Assembly (NCBI GenBank): GCA_963716945.1
Contig: OY970322.1
Location: 690,001 to 722,000 of the forward strand
DNA from: Candidatus Saccharimonadota bacterium
Lineage (GTDB): Bacteria; Patescibacteriota; Saccharimonadia; Saccharimonadales; UBA4665
DNA: 32,000 nt
Direction: 5' to 3'
A program made the position numbers and the translations under genes. The notes under the pieces were generated by a model. The model was not told the DNA's origin. It made no database searches and saw only the letters and a list, made by a program, of their open reading frames with translations. This document shows positions 1 to 10,171 of this stretch, one piece after another. Within the stretch, counting starts at the first letter, position 1. Every line of letters begins with the position of its first letter.

Positions 1-1072
1 TAAGCTTCCAGCCGTATTCGGCAGCCGCGGCCTGCATTAGCATATAACCTTGGGTGTAGCTAATAATCTTGGAGGCATACAGGGCCTGCCTGATGCTTTC
101 GGTAGCCGCTTTGGGTTCGGCCGGAGGCGCCGGTTCCGGTCCTGACAAAACCTTGGCCGCGGCTACCCGCTGGTCTTTCAGAGCCGAGATACAGCGCGCA
201 TACACAGCCTCGCTAATCAGACTGACCGGCTGGCCCAGCTCCGCCGAGCTGATGACGGTCCACTTGCCGGTGCCTTTCTGGCCGGCCGAGTCAAGTATCT
301 TATCAACCAGGGGCAGCCCGTCAGTGTCCTTGAAAGCCAGTATTTCAGACGTGATTTGGATCAGGAAACTGTCAAGCTCGCCCTGGTTCCAGCCGGCGAA
401 AGCGGCAGCCATCTCATCAATATCCAGACCTACCCAATCTTTCATCAACTGGTAGGCTTCGGCAATCAATTGCATATCGCCGTATTCGATGCCGTTGTGG
501 ACCATTTTGACGTAATGTCCGGCCCCGCCCTCGCCAACCCACTCGCAACACGGCGAACCGTCTTCGACCTTAGCGGCAATCGTCTGGAAGATTTCCTTGA
601 CATGGGGCCAGGCTTCGGCCGAGCCGCCCGGCATGATCGAAGGCCCGTGGCGGGCACCGTCTTCGCCGCCTGATACGCCGGCCCCGATGTAGAGCAAGCC
701 TTTGGACTCGGCATATGCGACGCGTCTGATGGTATCTGTGAACAAGGAGTTGCCGCCATCAATAATAATGTCGCCGGCCTCCAGATGTGGCAGCAATTGC
801 TCAATCGTCTGGTCAACGGCTTCACCGGCCTTGACCATCAGCATGACCCGGCGGGGGCGCTTGAGGCAAGCGACCATTTCTTCAATAGAATGCGCCCCTA
901 TGACATTACTGCCCTTGGCCTCGTTAGCCAGAAAATCGTCGACTTTGCTAAGCGTGCGGTTGAATGCCACGACTGTGAAGCCATGGTCATTCATGTTCAT
1001 AATCAGGTTCTGGCCCATGACAGCCAGGCCCATGACAGCAATATCCGCTTGAGGTTTAGAAGTTTCGTCCAC
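1..1072 (-). CDS. gnd: 6-phosphogluconate dehydrogenase (decarboxylating); C-terminal part runs off the left window edge
   Basis: Absent from the ORF track because there is no stop in the window. My minus-strand translation from GTG at 1072 reads DETSKPQADIAVMGLAVMGQNLIMNMNDHGF...GAGVSGGEDGARHGPSIMPGG...GAGHYVKMVHNGIEYGDMQLIAEAY...AGQKGTGKW...GYMLMQAAAAEYGWKL. This colinearly matches the classical Gnd N-terminal dinucleotide fold and 6PGDH signature. AAGG lies 4 nt upstream of the GTG. The plus-strand ORFs listed here are antisense shadows. Confidence 0.9.
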   Translation of the reverse strand, partial: MDETSKPQADIAVMGLAVMGQNLIMNMNDHGFTVVAFNRTLSKVDDFLANEAKGSNVIGAHSIEEMVACLKRPRRVMLMVKAGEAVDQTIEQLLPHLEAGDIIIDGGNSLFTDTIRRVAYAESKGLLYIGAGVSGGEDGARHGPSIMPGGSAEAWPHVKEIFQTIAAKVEDGSPCCEWVGEGGAGHYVKMVHNGIEYGDMQLIAEAYQLMKDWVGLDIDEMAAAFAGWNQGELDSFLIQITSEILAFKDTDGLPLVDKILDSAGQKGTGKWTVISSAELGQPVSLISEAVYARCISALKDQRVAAAKVLSGPEPAPPAEPKAATESIRQALYASKIISYTQGYMLMQAAAAEYGWKL

Positions 1073-1125
1073 TGCCTTAATTGTATAATACGCGGCCGTT
1101 TTGGGGAATGGCGGGCCGCTGCCGC

Positions 1126-1704
1126 TTAAAGTCTGGAGACATAGGGGTTGCCGGCTATGTAAAACCGCCAAGGCACATCCCGGCCCCGGCTGATGCCGAT
1201 GCGGGTAGTTTGGATTATCTGATCATCAGGAACCTGGCTGCCGGCTAACAGCTTAAGCGGCGGCCGGCTAAGGTCATGTCCGTTCAATTCCTTGCCGATT
1301 CCCAGCGCTTGGCAGAATTTGGCCGGACCGTTCGTCAGTTCAAGGCCGCCCTTGCCGCCTCGTTTATCAACCATTATGTCTTCCCCGGCCAGCGGCTCGA
1401 CGGCCCGTATCAAAACAGCCGCGCCATGGCCGGCCGGCCCGACTACTATATTGCAGCAGTAATGCATGCCGTAAGTGAAGTAGACATACAGGTGGCCGGC
1501 CGCGCCAAACATGACCTTGGTCCGCGGCGTCTGCCCGTTATAACTGTGGCTGGCGACGTCGGTCTGGTCATAAGCTTCGGTCTCGACTATCCGGACCCTC
1601 AACCGATGGCCGCCGATGGTTCTCTCCAGCAAACAGCCAAGCAGCCGCGGAGCAGTTTCCGCGGCCGAACCGCTAAGGTCGATCCCGTACGGGCCTGATG
1701 GCAT
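1126..1704 (-). CDS. mpg: 3-methyladenine DNA glycosylase (AAG/Mpg family)
   Basis: 192 aa. Contains RIVETEAY...D.ASH...G.T.R...MFG..GH.YVY..YGMH.C.N.V and C-terminal RIGIS...PWRF, typical of the Mpg/AAG (Pur_DNA_glyco) family. Confidence 0.85.
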   Translation of the reverse strand: MPSGPYGIDLSGSAAETAPRLLGCLLERTIGGHRLRVRIVETEAYDQTDVASHSYNGQTPRTKVMFGAAGHLYVYFTYGMHYCCNIVVGPAGHGAAVLIRAVEPLAGEDIMVDKRGGKGGLELTNGPAKFCQALGIGKELNGHDLSRPPLKLLAGSQVPDDQIIQTTRIGISRGRDVPWRFYIAGNPYVSRL

Positions 1705-1717
1705 AGGTGTCCCTTGT

Positions 1718-2335
1718 TTAGGCAGCCTTTTCGGCCAAGTGCGCTTGCCTGTCTAAGTATATCTGAGCCCGGACCTGGCCGTAAGTCTCAACTAACGGGC
1801 CGTCGTTCTCAAAAATCACGTCCGCAAAGTGGCGCGCCGCCGCTACCTCCTGCTCATAGAGACCCATCCGCGTAGCGATTTCATCTTCGGTTTGGCCGCG
1901 GGCCCGCATCCGGGCCGGCAGGATCTCCGGCGAGGCTTCGATTTGGTATACCCGAGTGTTCGGATAGTAGGCTTTGAACTTAGGTATGAACACCGGCTTC
2001 AGGACCATAAGCGCATCCGTGCCGTCAGGCGGCTTATGCAGGAAAGGCACGCCGTAGCGGGCCTCATATAACGGTTCTTCGGCCAGAAACCCGCCTTTGC
2101 GGCTCTGTATGTCAAAGGCCTGTTCGGTAACGAAGTGGTGGTCGTAACACGTATCGGTTTCACCGGGACGGGGTTTGCGGGTCGACCATGTGGGCTGAGG
2201 CTCGACAATACCGTCCTCATAAAGTTTAACCGCCAGCGATGACTTACCGACGGCCGATGAGCCTATAAGTAGAATCACTAAAGCATCCGGGTCCAGCATT
2301 TCGCGCGGCCCTAACATCTCTTCGCCCGCCACCAT
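1718..2335 (-). CDS. gmk: guanylate kinase-like P-loop kinase
   Basis: P-loop LLIGSSAVGKSS followed by STRKPRPGETD..YHHFVTEQAF...GGFLAEE..YEARYGVP, which matches the Gmk pattern (S/T)TR.PR.GE.DG.DY.FV...F...FLE...YG. The ORF stays open to ATG 2431, but the extra 32 codons are AT-rich and hydrophobic and lie in the divergent promoter region. I therefore prefer ATG 2335; the start is uncertain. Confidence 0.6.
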   Translation of the reverse strand: MVAGEEMLGPREMLDPDALVILLIGSSAVGKSSLAVKLYEDGIVEPQPTWSTRKPRPGETDTCYDHHFVTEQAFDIQSRKGGFLAEEPLYEARYGVPFLHKPPDGTDALMVLKPVFIPKFKAYYPNTRVYQIEASPEILPARMRARGQTEDEIATRMGLYEQEVAAARHFADVIFENDGPLVETYGQVRAQIYLDRQAHLAEKAA

Positions 2336-2469
2336 TCTGAAAACATAGCATGAATACAGTACCATGCTTATGATTAAGATCAATTTAATAAGATACCAGA
2401 ATCCTTGAAGTGGACGGCCGGATACTATCAATAGCCAAAGCCGGCTTTATAGTCTAGAATCATAAATAT

Positions 2470-2919
2470 ATGAACCCCTCGGCCGAACCCCCTAAGATAG
2501 TCATAGTCGAAGACAACACCAGCCTGGCAGAAATTTACAAAACCCGCCTGGAGCTGCTTGGCTACAAATGCTTTACGGCCTACGACGGACGAACGGCCCT
2601 CGAGCTTATCGAGAAGGAGCTGCCGGCTCTGGTCTTGCTGGATCTGATGGTACCGAAGGTCGCCGGCGACCAGATACTGGAAATTATGCGTTCCAGCGAG
2701 TGGGGCAAGCATATCCCGGTTTTCATCATTTCCAACCTCAACGAAGCCGACGCCCCGGTCGGCTTGCGCGACCTCGGCATCGAAGGCTATGCCGTCAAGG
2801 CCAACCTGTCCAACGACCAACTCGACCAGCTAGTCGACGCCATCCTCAAACCTGCCGGCCAGCAAGAGGACATAGAACTCGAGACCACCGAAGATCCTTC
2901 CGGCCCTGTCAGTCCTTGA
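2470..2919 (+). CDS. single-domain response regulator (CheY-like receiver)
   Basis: 149 aa. Has the acidic pocket IVIVEDN, the phospho-acceptor context ALVLLDLMVP, a later conserved Lys (GYAVKA), and no output domain. No cognate kinase is adjacent. Confidence 0.85.
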   Translation: MNPSAEPPKIVIVEDNTSLAEIYKTRLELLGYKCFTAYDGRTALELIEKELPALVLLDLMVPKVAGDQILEIMRSSEWGKHIPVFIISNLNEADAPVGLRDLGIEGYAVKANLSNDQLDQLVDAILKPAGQQEDIELETTEDPSGPVSP

Positions 2920-2926
2920 GGCAACC

Positions 2927-4183
2927 TTATTTGCTGATATTGCCCCACCTGAGATAGAAAGCGAAGAAGGGGTCTGTAATATGTAGTCTTTTCTCGTCTT
3001 CATCAAAATCGATAACCGGGGTTGAGCTTTCGTCCGTCGCAGAAATCTCAGCCATATGCTTAAGGACACGGGCCACCTCCTGCAGGTTCGGAATATTCTC
3101 GGGTACGCATATCTCCCTAATCGCAGTTCTCAAATCCTCGTACTCCAAGGTGATCAGACCTGGCTTTATATGTGCCAGGCCACCGAGTATTAGGCCGTAT
3201 ATGTCCACGCTGCCGCCTGATTTTAGGCCTCTTTGGATGCGGTCAGACCTCTGTCTAGGACCTCTTGCGAGTTTTTCGAATATGGGCCGGCCTATTGTTG
3301 TCTCGGCAGTTTCGTGGAAAATAGCCTTAGTGTTCAGACCCGGCCGCAGGGTGGATTTCGTGTCAGGACTCGATTGGCAGAGTGCTCTACAAAATTCCTG
3401 CATCAGGTGAGGGCTACCAATTGCTTCGGCCGCTAACTGTTTGACAATGTCAGAAGGTACTACAAAGTCCAATAGCGGGAATCCTGTCCGAGGGATATAG
3501 CCTAACTCGTCCTCGTCCCATGTAGGTACATTGACCGACAGTATCCTGCCGGTCATCTCGCGCTCCACCTTAACGGCGTCGTAACGACGGTGAGGTATCG
3601 CGATTACTACCACGGGAACGCCAGCAAATACCAACGGCTTCAATGCCCTAATGACATCACCCTGCATGTCTTTTGGCAGGTAATGAAAATCATCTATCAC
3701 AAGCGGCGTACGAGAGTTGCGAAGACCAGTCAGGGCAGTCGTCCTGGAGGATATTGATCGCTCATGTGAACTGCTAGAATCACGCTGACCACTAACCTTG
3801 CCCGCAGCCTTTACTCCACCTTTGGCCACGATAACCCCGCCTTCGGCTGAAACCTCTGAAGACACTTCGCCGCCCACGCTAGTCTTGCTCTCCATCTGGA
3901 TGCCTTGAAATAGCTCCAATTGATCGATGATATTTGTCCAAAGGTCTTCTTCATCATTGATACCACCCCCGTCAATCCACACTGAATCCTCGCGAGGCAG
4001 GATCTTCTGAACTAACACCGTTTTGCCCGACTTCGTATGCCCCGTAACAACCACCAGCTTACAAAGATTTTGCATTACGCTATGAATGCTTTCCTCAAGC
4101 GAGAGGGTCGATCTGGGGTTATACGTGTGGATTGGGTAGCCACCTGGCACGAAAACGTCGTAATACTGTAAGGATTTAGCCAA
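2927..4183 (-). CDS. orphan AAA+/STAND-like P-loop ATPase (Arch_ATPase/AAA_16-like), function unknown
   Basis: Walker A GHTKSGKT (4019..4042), Walker B PLVIDDFHY, a sensor-like AIGSPHLMQEF, and C-terminal ITDPFFAFYLRW resembling the D.F..FWF motif of archaeal-type ATPases. The start is reassigned to TTG 4183, which has AAAGGAGG 5 nt upstream. The track ORF (to 4309) runs through the tRNA-Gln gene. An approximately 55 aa Ser/Gly/Val-rich low-complexity insert lies between Walker A and Walker B. Confidence 0.7.
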   Translation of the reverse strand: MAKSLQYYDVFVPGGYPIHTYNPRSTLSLEESIHSVMQNLCKLVVVTGHTKSGKTVLVQKILPREDSVWIDGGGINDEEDLWTNIIDQLELFQGIQMESKTSVGGEVSSEVSAEGGVIVAKGGVKAAGKVSGQRDSSSSHERSISSRTTALTGLRNSRTPLVIDDFHYLPKDMQGDVIRALKPLVFAGVPVVVIAIPHRRYDAVKVEREMTGRILSVNVPTWDEDELGYIPRTGFPLLDFVVPSDIVKQLAAEAIGSPHLMQEFCRALCQSSPDTKSTLRPGLNTKAIFHETAETTIGRPIFEKLARGPRQRSDRIQRGLKSGGSVDIYGLILGGLAHIKPGLITLEYEDLRTAIREICVPENIPNLQEVARVLKHMAEISATDESSTPVIDFDEDEKRLHITDPFFAFYLRWGNISK

Positions 4184-4233
4184 CTTCACCTCCTTTACTG
4201 ATCCCACAGCCTGTCTATACCTTAAATACCGTA

Positions 4234-4308
4234 TGGCTGGGGCGGAGGGATTCGAACCCCCGGATGCCAGTACCAAAAACTGGTGCCTTACCACTTGGCG
4301 ACGCCCCA
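4234..4308 (-). tRNA. tRNA-Gln (anticodon UUG), CCA encoded
   Basis: The minus strand reads TGGGGCGTCGCCAAGTGGTAAGGCACCAGTTTTTGGTACTGGCATCCGGGGGTTCGAATCCCTCCGCCCCAGCCA. Acceptor stem is TGGGGCG/CGCCCCA. Anticodon stem CCAGT/ACTGG carries loop TTTTGGT (anticodon TTG). T-arm is GGGGG-TTCGAAT-CCCTC. It is nearly colinear with E. coli tRNA-Gln. Confidence 0.95.
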
Positions 4309-4373
4309 ACGAACAGATTGAATTTTAACGTAATCGGGCGGCTTTCACAAATTATAGGCCCGCGGGCCGTCGT

Positions 4374-4402
4374 TTGACGAAATTACTTCTTGGTGCTACA
4401 GT
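4374..4402 (+). promoter_or_regulatory. sigma70-like promoter for the hydrolase/GT4 cluster
   Basis: TTGACG - 17 nt - TACAGT, with the -10 box ending 24 nt before ATG 4427. No obvious SD in the leader. A perfect TATAAT on the opposite strand (4351..4356) lies upstream of tRNA-Gln, next to the palindrome GGCCCGCGGGCC (4357..4368). Confidence 0.45.
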
Positions 4403-4426
4403 TACACCTAACAAAAGCCTATTTTT

Positions 4427-5356
4427 ATGCCCAAAAAAGAGCCTCAAAACCCTGCTGACTATATAGTTCCTCTGGATATCAACGGTCTGGAGGGCCGGAT
4501 GCTGCGCGTACCTGCACCGCCCAAGCGCCAGCGGGAAATCCTGTTGGTTTACGGGCACCATGCCATGCTGGAACGCTGGTGGGCCCTGGTCCAAAACCTT
4601 AATGCCTACGGGGCCGTGACGATGCCTGACTTGCCCGGGTTCGGCGGCATGGACAGCTTCGCCAAGATCGGGGTCAAGCCTAATATCGATGCCTATGCCG
4701 ATTATCTGGCGGCCTTCATCAAACTGCGCTACAAGCGCAAGCAAGTGACGATCGTGGCTATCTCGTTCGGCTTCGTAATCGTGACCAGGATGCTGCAACG
4801 CTACCCGGAACTGTCAAAGAAAGTCGTGCTGCTGGTCAGCCTGGTAGGTTTCATGCACAAGGATGATTTCCTGTATCCGCGGCCGAGGCGTGACATTTAC
4901 CGTTGGGCGACCCGGTTTTTCGGTACCCGGCCGTACGCCATTTTTACACGCTACTGCCTGCTTAACCGGTTTGTTCTCAAGACGCTTTACTCGCGGCTGC
5001 CCAATTCCAGGCGCCGGATGATAGAAGTCACGCCGGAGGAGTTTGAAGCGACCATGGATATGGAAGTCAAAATGTGGCAGGCCAATGACGTCCGCACCCA
5101 CTGGATAACCACCAGCCAGTTCTTTACGCTTGATAACTGCACCAAGAAGATAGATTTACAGGTTATCCACGTCGCTTCCAAAAGCGACCACTATTTCAAT
5201 AACGAGATAGTCAAGCAGCACATGCTGGTAGTCTTCAAGGGTTACCGCCGGTTCGACATGAACAGCAAGGCCCACACGCCCAATATCCTGGCCGACAAGA
5301 AAGCGACCGGCGTCATGTTGCCGCCCGGCTTGCGGCGTATACTCGCCCGCCAATAA
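4427..5356 (+). CDS. alpha/beta-fold hydrolase
   Basis: 309 aa. Has LLVYGHH (oxyanion region), PDLPGFGG, and a nucleophile-elbow-like VAISFGF (sm-x-S-x-G). Substrate unknown. Confidence 0.6.
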   Translation: MPKKEPQNPADYIVPLDINGLEGRMLRVPAPPKRQREILLVYGHHAMLERWWALVQNLNAYGAVTMPDLPGFGGMDSFAKIGVKPNIDAYADYLAAFIKLRYKRKQVTIVAISFGFVIVTRMLQRYPELSKKVVLLVSLVGFMHKDDFLYPRPRRDIYRWATRFFGTRPYAIFTRYCLLNRFVLKTLYSRLPNSRRRMIEVTPEEFEATMDMEVKMWQANDVRTHWITTSQFFTLDNCTKKIDLQVIHVASKSDHYFNNEIVKQHMLVVFKGYRRFDMNSKAHTPNILADKKATGVMLPPGLRRILARQ

Positions 5357-5374
5357 TGGTATACTTGTGAGAAG

Positions 5375-6511
5375 ATGAAAATAGGCTTGGTCTGTCCGTA
5401 CAACATTGATAGGAATGGCGGTGTTCTCGAAGTTATTCTGGCCCTGAAGGCCGGCTTGGAGACCCGCGGGCACAGCGTTAAGATCATTACGCCCTACCCG
5501 CGGAACCATGACCTGGAAGCTGATCCGGACGTTATTTTTGCCGGCACGTCGACCGATTTTCGGACGCTGTCTTTTACCCATACCACCTCGCAGGTTTCAA
5601 GTACGGCCGACACCGACAAGATTGATGCCATGCTGGCCGCCGAGAAGTTCGACATTCTGCACTTCCACGAACCCTGGATGCCGCTGCTCAGCCGCCAGCT
5701 GCTGCAGCGTTCAACCAGCGTTAACATCGGTACTTTCCATGCCAAAGTGCCGGAAGCGATGATGAGCCGGACGATCATCAAGGTCGTCACGCCCTACCTC
5801 AAATCGGTTATGAAATACCTCCACGAACTGACGGCCGTCTCCGCCTCCGGTGCCGAGTACGCCGCCGGGCTGACCGACCAGCCGATAACCATCATTCCTA
5901 ACGGCATTGATCTTACCAAATACCATAGCCACCATAAGCCGAAGAAGGATACCGCCAAGACAATTCTATTCATCGGCCGCCTCGAGCGCCGCAAGGGCGT
6001 CCAGTATCTGCTTAAAGCTTATAGCAGCCTGGCCCAGGACAACCCCGAGGTCAAGCTTGTGATTGCGGGTGACGGGCCAGAAAGGGAGCGGCTGGAGCTT
6101 ATGGCCGAGGACCTCAAACTGCCAAATGTTAATTTTCTAGGCTTTATCAGCGAGGAACTAAAACTGCAGCTATTATCGGAGGCCGACCTGTTTTGCTCGC
6201 CGGCGGTGTTCGGTGAGAGTTTCGGCATTGTCTTGCTGGAGGCTATGGCCAGCGGCGCCGTCTGCGTGGCCGGCAACAACTCCGGTTATGTCGACCTGTT
6301 GCAAGAAACCGGTGCGATATCGATCGTCAACCCGCATGATACCGGGGAATTCGCCCGCCGTCTTGACGTTTTATTACATGACGACCAGCTAAGCGCGCTC
6401 TGGCGGAAATGGGCCAAAGAGTATGTTAAACGCTTCAACTACCCTGATATAGTCGGCCGCTACGAAGAGTTCTACCAAGAGGCTTTGAAGCAGCATGGCC
6501 GCCGCAGCTGA
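5375..6511 (+). CDS. glycosyltransferase family 4 (GT-B, PimA-like)
   Basis: 378 aa. Contains FIGRLERRKGV and the C-terminal E(x7)E-type motif SPAVFGESFGIVLLEAMASG, typical of GT4/Glycos_transf_1. Confidence 0.8.
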   Translation: MKIGLVCPYNIDRNGGVLEVILALKAGLETRGHSVKIITPYPRNHDLEADPDVIFAGTSTDFRTLSFTHTTSQVSSTADTDKIDAMLAAEKFDILHFHEPWMPLLSRQLLQRSTSVNIGTFHAKVPEAMMSRTIIKVVTPYLKSVMKYLHELTAVSASGAEYAAGLTDQPITIIPNGIDLTKYHSHHKPKKDTAKTILFIGRLERRKGVQYLLKAYSSLAQDNPEVKLVIAGDGPERERLELMAEDLKLPNVNFLGFISEELKLQLLSEADLFCSPAVFGESFGIVLLEAMASGAVCVAGNNSGYVDLLQETGAISIVNPHDTGEFARRLDVLLHDDQLSALWRKWAKEYVKRFNYPDIVGRYEEFYQEALKQHGRRS

Positions 6512-7646
6512 ACCGCTCAAAATCGGCCTGGTACTGGACAGCGGCCTTGATAAGCCGGACGGCGTACAGCAATACGTCCTAGCGCTTGGCGAGTGGCTGC
6601 GCGGCCAGGGCCACGACGTACACTACCTTGTCGGCCAGACCCGGCGCCAGGATATCCAAGGCGTACACAGCCTTAGCCGCAGCGTCAAAATCAGGTTTAA
6701 CGGTAACGACGGCTCGATACCTATAATGGCCGGCAAGGCTAAGCTCAGGAACTTTTTGGCATCTGAGAAATTTGACGTGTTGCACGTGCAGATGCCGCAC
6801 CACCCTTTATTAGCGCAGCGTATCATCATGGCCGCCGACAAACGTACGGCGGTCATCGGCACCTTCCATATAGCGCCGTATAGCCGCGTCGTGACCATCG
6901 GTAATCGGGCTCTGGGACTTTGGCTCAGGCCCTCGCTCCGGCGGTTTGACAAAATAATCAGCGTCTCATCGGCGGCGGCCGGCTTCGCCGACCAAACTTT
7001 CGGCATCAAAACCGAGGTCTTGCCTAACGTCATTGACTACCGGCGCTTCCACAACGCTAAGCCGTTTGCGGAATATGATAACGGTACTCTTACCATACTG
7101 TTCTTGGGGCGTTTGGTGCCTCGTAAAGGCTGCCGGCTATTACTGCAGGCCATAGCGCTGCTCAACCGGGCCGATCTGCCAAAGTTCAGGGTCTTGGTCT
7201 GCGGCCGGGGCCCGCTGGAGGCCAAACTTCGGCGCTATGCCGACAGCCAGGGTTTGAGTGATGTGGTCGATTTTACCGGGTTCGTCAGCGAAGCCGATAA
7301 ACCGCGCTACTACTCTTCGGCCGACATAGCCGTTTTCCCGAGCAGCGGCGGCGAAAGTTTCGGTATCGTGCTGCTGGAGGCTATGGCCGGCGGGCGGTCG
7401 CTGGTCTTGGCCGGCGATAACCCCGGTTATCATTCAGTCATGGCCCCGCAGGCCGATTTATTATTTGACCCCAGGAGTCCCCAAGCTTTAGCCCGGAAGC
7501 TGGCTTACTATATGAAGAACACCCCGCAACGCCAAAGGCTTCAAGCATGGGAGGCCAACTATGTTAAAGATTTCGACGTCAATATTGTGGGCGCCAAATT
7601 GTTAAACATTTATTACGAAGCGTTGCGTAAAAGGCGTGGAGCATAG
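6495..7646 (+). CDS. glycosyltransferase family 4 (second paralog)
   Basis: 383 aa. Contains FLGRLVPRKG and FPSSGGESFGIVLLEAMAGG. Its start overlaps the preceding GT4 by 17 nt. Confidence 0.8.
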   Translation: MAAAAEPLKIGLVLDSGLDKPDGVQQYVLALGEWLRGQGHDVHYLVGQTRRQDIQGVHSLSRSVKIRFNGNDGSIPIMAGKAKLRNFLASEKFDVLHVQMPHHPLLAQRIIMAADKRTAVIGTFHIAPYSRVVTIGNRALGLWLRPSLRRFDKIISVSSAAAGFADQTFGIKTEVLPNVIDYRRFHNAKPFAEYDNGTLTILFLGRLVPRKGCRLLLQAIALLNRADLPKFRVLVCGRGPLEAKLRRYADSQGLSDVVDFTGFVSEADKPRYYSSADIAVFPSSGGESFGIVLLEAMAGGRSLVLAGDNPGYHSVMAPQADLLFDPRSPQALARKLAYYMKNTPQRQRLQAWEANYVKDFDVNIVGAKLLNIYYEALRKRRGA

Positions 7647-7657
7647 ATAATAAAGCC

Positions 7658-8759
7658 ATGCTGCATATCCGCAAGTCCGAAGAGAAACTTCCCGAGGTGG
7701 CCCTAACCATTTCTTTCCAGACTTTTGCGAGGCTGACATTGATGGTGGTGGCGACTATAATTCTGCTGTCCGCCCTGCACAAGGCCTCGCACGCCCTGCT
7801 TCTAATCTTTGCGGCTTTCTTTTTAACGCTGGCCCTCAACGGACCCGTTTTTTGGCTGGCCAAGCACCTGCCCGGCAAGCAGCGGGGCAGCCGGTCGCTT
7901 GCCACTACCCTGTCATTCCTGGTCGTAGTGATCCTGCTGGGGGGCTTCGTCGCCAGCATTGCGCCACCCTTGGTACGGCAGACGGAGAACCTGGTCAACG
8001 CAGCCCCCAACCTGGTCCAGGACCTGAGAAGCCAGAACAGCGAAGTCGGCCGCCTTATCAGGAAGCATCACTTGGAGAAACAGGTCAGCACGTTTTCGTC
8101 GCAGCTTTCGGCCCGCCTGAAGAATGCCGGCGGAGCCGCCTTTTCAACCGTCCAGAAGATAGGCAGCAGCTTCTTCTCGCTGTTAACTATCCTGGTCTTG
8201 ACGTTCATGATGCTGGTCGAAGGCCCCCGTTGGCTAAGGTTCATACGCGAAGTTATTCCGGACCGGCATCATGATTTGGCCGACCGCCTGGCGGCCGACA
8301 TGTACAAGGTTATAAAGGGCTTTGTTAACGGGCAGGTCACGCTTGCGGCTCTGGCTTCGGTTTTGATTATGCCGGCCGTTCTGCTGCTGCACATCGGCTA
8401 TCCGGCGGCATTAGTAGTGGTCATCTTTGTCTGCGGCCTAATCCCGCTGGTCGGCCACACCATTGGCGCGGTTGTCGTCACGACGGTCGCGCTCTTCCAC
8501 TCAACCTCGGCAGCCGTCATTATTCTGGCCTACTACATTCTCTACCAACAGATAGAGAACTACTTGATTCAACCTCGTATTCAGGCCAACTCGACTAACA
8601 TGTCGCCGCTGCTGGTCTTTATGTCCGTGGTCGTCGGCGTTAGCTTTGGCGGCCTGTTTGGCGGTCTCGTTGCGATACCGGCAGCCGGCTGCCTTAGGAT
8701 CGCTCTGCTCGAGTACCTGCGCAGCCACCAAATTATAGACACGCCGCGGTTCGAGAAAG

Positions 8760-8779
<20 letters not shown>
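7658..8779 (+). CDS. AI-2E family transporter (PerM/UPF0118-like membrane protein)
   Basis: 373 aa polytopic protein. The C-terminal half (LIPLVGHTIGAVVV...YILYQQIENYLIQPRI......SPLLVF.S...G...GG..G...AIP) matches the AI-2E/UPF0118 pattern. Confidence 0.7.
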
Positions 8780-10163
<1,384 letters not shown>

Positions 10164-10171
10164 GCTAGGCG

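Noticed and set aside
69-1129. Plus-strand ORFs 69..455, 356..673, 702..1052 and 785..1129, and the minus-strand ORF 466..825
   Set aside because: All lie inside the unmistakable minus-strand gnd reading frame, which the track omits because the frame has no stop in the window. They are out-of-frame or antisense shadows.
2336-2431. Membrane anchor on the guanylate-kinase-like protein (FWYLIKLILIISMVLYSCYVF) if the longest ORF is used
   Set aside because: The segment is AT-rich promoter-like DNA. Using it would leave only 38 nt for two divergent promoters. An internal ATG at 2335 gives a normal Gmk-sized protein. It cannot be formally excluded without expression data.
2920-4233. Integrative element at tRNA-Gln (att repeat plus integrase)
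   Set aside because: No copy of the tRNA 3' segment (GGTTCGAATCCCTCCGCCCCA or its complement) is seen at the far end of the ATPase gene. There is no integrase or recombinase ORF. At most this is a remnant islet.
4184-4309. The N-terminal 42 codons of the track ORF 2927..4309 (MGRRQVVRHQFLVLASGGSNPSAPA...)
   Set aside because: This stretch is the reverse-strand reading of the tRNA-Gln gene itself (4234..4308). A TTG at 4183 with a strong AAAGGAGG SD gives a sensible start for the ATPase.
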